Assembly: GCA_028534125.1 (NCBI GenBank)
Contig: CM052819.1
Coordinates: 105,958,001 to 106,022,000, forward strand
Direction of reading: 5' to 3'
DNA from: Lama glama
Taxonomy: Eukaryota
DNA: 64,000 nucleotides
Shown: positions 59,791 through 64,000 of the stretch, in pieces
How the letters are laid out: each line of letters starts with the position of its first letter
Position numbering within the stretch: the first letter of the stretch is position 1
Translations under genes and position numbers: made by a program
The notes under the pieces: generated by a model
The model's input: the letters and a program-made list of their open reading frames with translations, nothing else
What the model was told of the DNA's origin: nothing
Databases searched by the model: none

Positions 59791-60035
59791 TCTCGCCCCC
59801 GCAGACTTGGCCGTCGTAGCGTTCGCAGTTCATGTTGTCACACTCGCAGAACTGGCCGTAGATCTTCTTGTTGGGCACGTCGCTGGTGTGGCACACGCAC
59901 TGCCCGCAGATGCAGTCCCCCAGCCCCGAGCAGATGATGGAGCTGTTGTCCTTCCGGCAGCTTCCCTCCAGCTCCTGGCTGCTCCGGCCGTGCGTCTGGC
60001 ACTCGCAGTTCTTCCCAGTGTAGCCTGCATTGCAC
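59791..60035 (-). CDS. ITGB2: ITGB2 I-EGF2/3 exon (human exon 12)
   Basis: 245 nt: [81 protein letters not shown]. Confidence 0.97.
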
Positions 60036-60113
60036 CTGCCGGGGAGTGTGAGGTCAGGGCGGTACCGCCCTGCAGCGGGAGCCCCTGTGCCAACCGGGCC
60101 TTGGCCGTCTCAC

Positions 60114-60301
60114 CTGCAGACGCCGCACTCCATGGAGCCCTTGCCACTGCAGAGGCTTGGGTTCTGGCTGGTGTCCCGGCACCGGCACTCGCACTGGGGG
60201 AGGACCCGCACGGTCACCGTGTCCGTGAAGCCCAGTGCCCGGATGACAAATGACTGCTCTTGGATGCACTCTGTGGCTGTGACCTTCACCCGGAAGGTGA
60301 T
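60114..60301 (-). CDS. ITGB2: ITGB2 hybrid/I-EGF1 exon (human exon 11)
   Basis: 188 nt: [62 protein letters not shown]. Confidence 0.97.
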
Positions 60302-61547
60302 CTGCCGTGGGAAAGCAGGGCCCAGGTGAACACCAGACACTGGGGTCGCAGCCCTGCTCCCATCTCCTCCCTGGGCAGCAAGGACAAAGGCACAGACTAG
60401 CAGGTGAGGACCAGCGGCCAGGGCTCTCAGGCATGGAGGGCGCAGCCTCTGCTGGGCCCGGGAGGGAGTGGATCGAGGTGGTGTGGGGAACACAGACACT
60501 CGGAATGGCTCCTCAACTTGGAAGGAGAGACGAGGGAAGGAGGAAGTTCAGAGATGCTGGAACACAGGGGCCACAGAGCACCCCCCCCTTCCTCTGGTGG
60601 CTTGGGCTTGGACGAGAGTGTCTTTGGAATACTTTGAGTCACATATCTCTCAAGAAGGATTTTCAAGTGACTTTATAAAGGATATGTCTTTTCTCCATAT
60701 AGTTTGTCCTGGAGCCCAGAAGGCTAAAACGCCAGAATCCCACAGGAAGTCCTAGGTTCTGCCTGTGGGGTTGTACTCTGACCCTGAATGCCCAAGCGGG
60801 CAGGGCAGAGTCCCCGCCACCCACACTGCACACCTGACGCAGAAGCCAGCACTGAGCTCCAGGGAGCACCAGCTCGTCCAAAGCAAGCCTCACTGCAAAT
60901 CAAGTTAAATCAGTTTCCTTCCAGTACATTTAAGACAGAGCAGGAACGTGGAGGAAACAGTCAGCCAACCACAGACTGAATAAATTCCCGTGTGGATCGC
61001 CCGGTACGGGAGGGGTATTCCAGTAAAAATTCCCACCCGGAATTTAGTAAGTCACATATTTGAAAGAATTCCAGTGTGACTTAAAGATGCAAGCAAAGCA
61101 AGAATTTTGTTGAATATTACTTTACAGCTGGTCAAAGAAAAGTTTAATTGTTATGGTTATGATACATTTTAAATAGTTGGGAAACAACCCAATGCCTATT
61201 TCTAATCATCTGTATGGCCCCTGCTTTAGTGTCTTTGTCAAAAGACCAAACCAAACTACAAACATCAGGAAAATCAAACCAAAGCAGGTGCCTCACATGG
61301 AAGGAACGCCCTTCTTAAGCGGGTTGCGCTGTGCTCAGTGTCTGCCCCGAGGGGGCGCTGCCAGCTTGCCGTGGTCCATCTACACTGGCCACAAACAGTG
61401 TTTGGCCTCCTTGGAGAGAATTTTTAAAGGAGGGAACCGGACCCACAGTGGACCGGGCCCCCACTGCCAGTGAAGCCTGTTTGCCAGGGTGCATCTCCAC
61501 CTGATGTCCCTGGGGGAGCCCCTTCCAGAGCTGAGAGGGAGTCTCAC

Positions 61548-61688
61548 CGGGACGTTGATCTGGACACCATCGCAGTCCCCTCTGGGCTGGTTCACTTGCG
61601 ATACTCCGTTACTGCAGAAGGAGTCGTAGGTGACCTTCAGGGTGTCAGGGAGGGCGTTGTGATCCAGAAAGACTCTGGAGGACAGTTT
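61548..61688 (-). CDS. ITGB2: ITGB2 hybrid domain exon (human exon 10)
   Basis: 141 nt: [47 protein letters not shown]. Confidence 0.97.
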
Positions 61689-62477
61689 CTGTGGGCAAAA
61701 AGCAGAGCGGTTAGGATGGTCCCACTGTCCCAGCCCTTCCTGGCCGACGACCTGCACGCCTCTCATGCCCCTCCCTCCACCTGCGCGTCCACTGAGCGCC
61801 GGGTGGGTGCTGGGTCTTGTGCCCCATGAAGTCTGATGGCAGGGTTACCCACACCATGGCCCCCAAGATAGGCCACGTGGAGGGGCTGGACACAGAGACA
61901 GGACATGGCCCCATGAGAACAGGGGGCTCAACTGTCCACTCACCACTGAGGCCCCAGTGCCCGGCCCAGGATGGGAGCTGAAAAAACTGTTTAAGTGAAT
62001 GAGAGAGAGACACAGAGAGAGAGACAAAGAGAGAAACAGACAGACAGAGAGACAAGAGAGGAGAATGAGCCACTGATGGCGGCATCACCAGTACAAAGAA
62101 CCCCCGCCAGGCAGCCCTGGAGTTCGGGAGGGTCTGCTCAGGGGGGTTAGGGCTTTAACAGGGTGTGAGCAGCAAACGGATCCTCCTCTACGGGGCTCTA
62201 GCTTAACGCAGTGGCATCAGCCCACACCATGTGCTCCCCGCAGGACCTTGGCTGGAAGAGGGTCTGGTGCCAGTGCTCCAGGGGAGGTCCAGGAGGGTCT
62301 GGCGTGGCACCCACCATGCCATCAGCGAGGGAGGACACAGCCGCCCTGGGGGAAGCCCGAGGGGGGCCCCTACAAGGCGGGGGCTCTCCTCTCCAGACCA
62401 CCCTTCTGTTGACCTGCAGGGAGACGGTGTCTGTGCTGACCACCGAGGGCCCCCAGCCGAGCGCCTGGGGGACTCAC

Positions 62478-62567
62478 GTTGTAGGCGTTCTTGATGAGCT
62501 GGACCACGTTGCTGGAATCCTCCGAGAGCTCCCCGACCGCAGACTTGGGGATGATCTCCGTGAGCTT
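62478..62567 (-). CDS. ITGB2: ITGB2 beta-I domain C-terminal exon (human exon 9)
   Basis: 90 nt: [30 protein letters not shown]. Upstream exons lie beyond the window. Confidence 0.97.
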
Positions 62568-62732
62568 CTGCCAAGGAAGCACACAGGGGGTCACAGCCAG
62601 AACCCGGGTGCCGAGGAAACCTCAGTGTCCACCCACTTTTGTAAAACCCCAGAGGGGTTCCTTCTTGTTTGTGGAATGGCTCAGAGAACCCCCACCGATT
62701 TCTCCTCGTGTTTGGTTAGGACAGCACGCGGT

Positions 62733-63100
62733 TAGTGGCGTGCTGGCAAACATTTAACACTCGGCTCCCAGGAAGGAAAGAGCCTGGAATTGCAGCGTTT
62801 GCCGATTTCTTTGGTCTAAATACTCCACCCTGGTTGATTTCAAGCTGGCGAAGTCACGGAGAGCAGTGCTGGGAAGGAGCGCTTAGTCACCTTTAGGTGG
62901 CGACGCCACCACACAGACAGGGTAGGCACAGACAGTCTCAGCACATGGGTGATCATAACACATGGCGTAACACCAGGAAGCGGTGAGTTCTGAGCGTGCT
63001 AATGAGTTGATATAATTTGATTTTAATAATGACTGTGTTAAACAACAAAGTGACAATTGGCTCTGGCAGGCCAGTGCCAGCTGGTCCAGGGGCACCCCTG
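62733..63100. mobile_element. MER63-type hAT-Blackjack fossil
   Basis: tagtggcgtgctggcaaacatttaaca ... tttgccgatttc ... gatttcaagct ... ccaggggcacccctg (degenerate terminal inverted repeats). Confidence 0.65.
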
Positions 63101-64000
63101 GGGTGGGCAGCCCGGAGCACCCTTTGTGCAGACAGGCCTGGGGCCAGCCTCCGGGGAATGTCTGTGCCCCCAGCTTCCTCCACCCACGCTGAGCTCAGCT
63201 CAGGAGTCATGCCATCTTGCATGGAAAATTGCAACATCACCGTATCTTACAGAACCGGGGGCTGGGTACCGTCCCTGCCCCAAAGTGCTGCTGTGACCCC
63301 CCAGGATGGAGTGCAGTCCCCTCCATAGAGCTTTTGAGGACCGTCACAGCCTGGCCGCTACCCCCTGCTCCCCAGGCTCAGGACCCCACCAGGGCTCAGA
63401 AATATGTGCTATTTCACTTCCTCCCAGCCACCTGCTCTCTGCCGGTGCAGGAAAGCACCAAGGAGGGTCCAGTGTAAGGCACAGACTCTGGGTCTCCTTG
63501 AGCCCTCCCTCGGGAGCCCCGTGAAAGGGCATCAGGACGCGCAGGCTCAGAAAGGCTGGTGACCGGCCCAGGCTGTGACCGTAGGGAGCAGGGTCTGGGG
63601 TTCGAGTCTCCAGCTTCTACCCCGTTGCCACACTGTTTTCTGGGACACGACCTCTGCTCTTAACAGCAAGTTACTGGGACCTGCTACCACCCTGTGAAGA
63701 GGGGACCGTTGTCTCAGAAGACAGTAGGGGACACGGCAGCTTCGAGACCAGACCTGCGGGTGCTCAGGCAGCTCGTGAGGGTGGCCGGTCCTCACCCAGC
63801 CACCAGCCAGCCCTATACTGAGGGCAGCACTGTCCCTGTGGCTTGACCATCTCCCACCACCCCCTCGGGCCTCTCAAACACCTGTGCCTCCCCACTCAGT
63901 GTCCCCCTCACCCTGTCTGATCTGGGAAAGCTGAGGGTAGGAGCTGCTGGTCCCACTGTGGGCCCCGGCAAGTGCCCTGCACCCCACAGGTGGGGGACAG

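Larger units (their letters stand above)
58850..59900. promoter_or_regulatory. Intragenic CpG island over ITGB2 exons 12-14
   Basis: Introns as well as exons are CpG-dense, with GGGGCGGGGC boxes near 59326-59350. Confidence 0.7.

Noticed and set aside
58482-60253. Antisense and alternative-frame ORFs of 199-319 aa over ITGB2 exons 11-14
   Set aside because: These are shadow ORFs of GC3-rich Cys-repeat exons inside a CpG island.

Overview
Mammalian genomic DNA, GC-rich and subtelomeric in character, syntenic with human 21q22.3. Four known protein-coding genes lie in tandem on the minus strand: UBE2G2 (exons 1-2; the gene continues past the left edge), SUMO3 (complete, 4 coding exons, 104 aa), PTTG1IP/PBF (complete, 6 coding exons, 176 aa) and ITGB2/CD18 (last 8 exons, human exons 9-16; the gene starts past the right edge). 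All exons were read by hand and have GT-AG boundaries and consistent phases. The tRNA-derived SINE head (GGGGAGGGTAYAGCTCAGTGGTAGAG...GGTTCAATCCC) points to a camelid. The remainder is CpG islands, old L1/L2/MaLR/ERV/hAT fossils and a few young retro-insertions. Almost all ORFs in the supplied track are GC-rich noise. I found no convincing new gene or new biological system. The best leads are non-coding: (1) a tandem repeat made of overlapping Sp1 and NF-kB sites (33.8-34.0 kb); (2) a 21-bp-period GTTAAC minisatellite (32.6-32.95 kb); (3) two tiny insertions with perfect target-site duplications and 3'-transduction-like structure (54.4 and 55.5 kb); (4) an RBFOX-motif microsatellite against the SUMO3 exon 2 donor; (5) duplicated GTGAGT decoy donors beside the branch point of the ITGB2 transmembrane exon. 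Repeat family names, repeat boundaries and human comparisons come from memory and were not computed.
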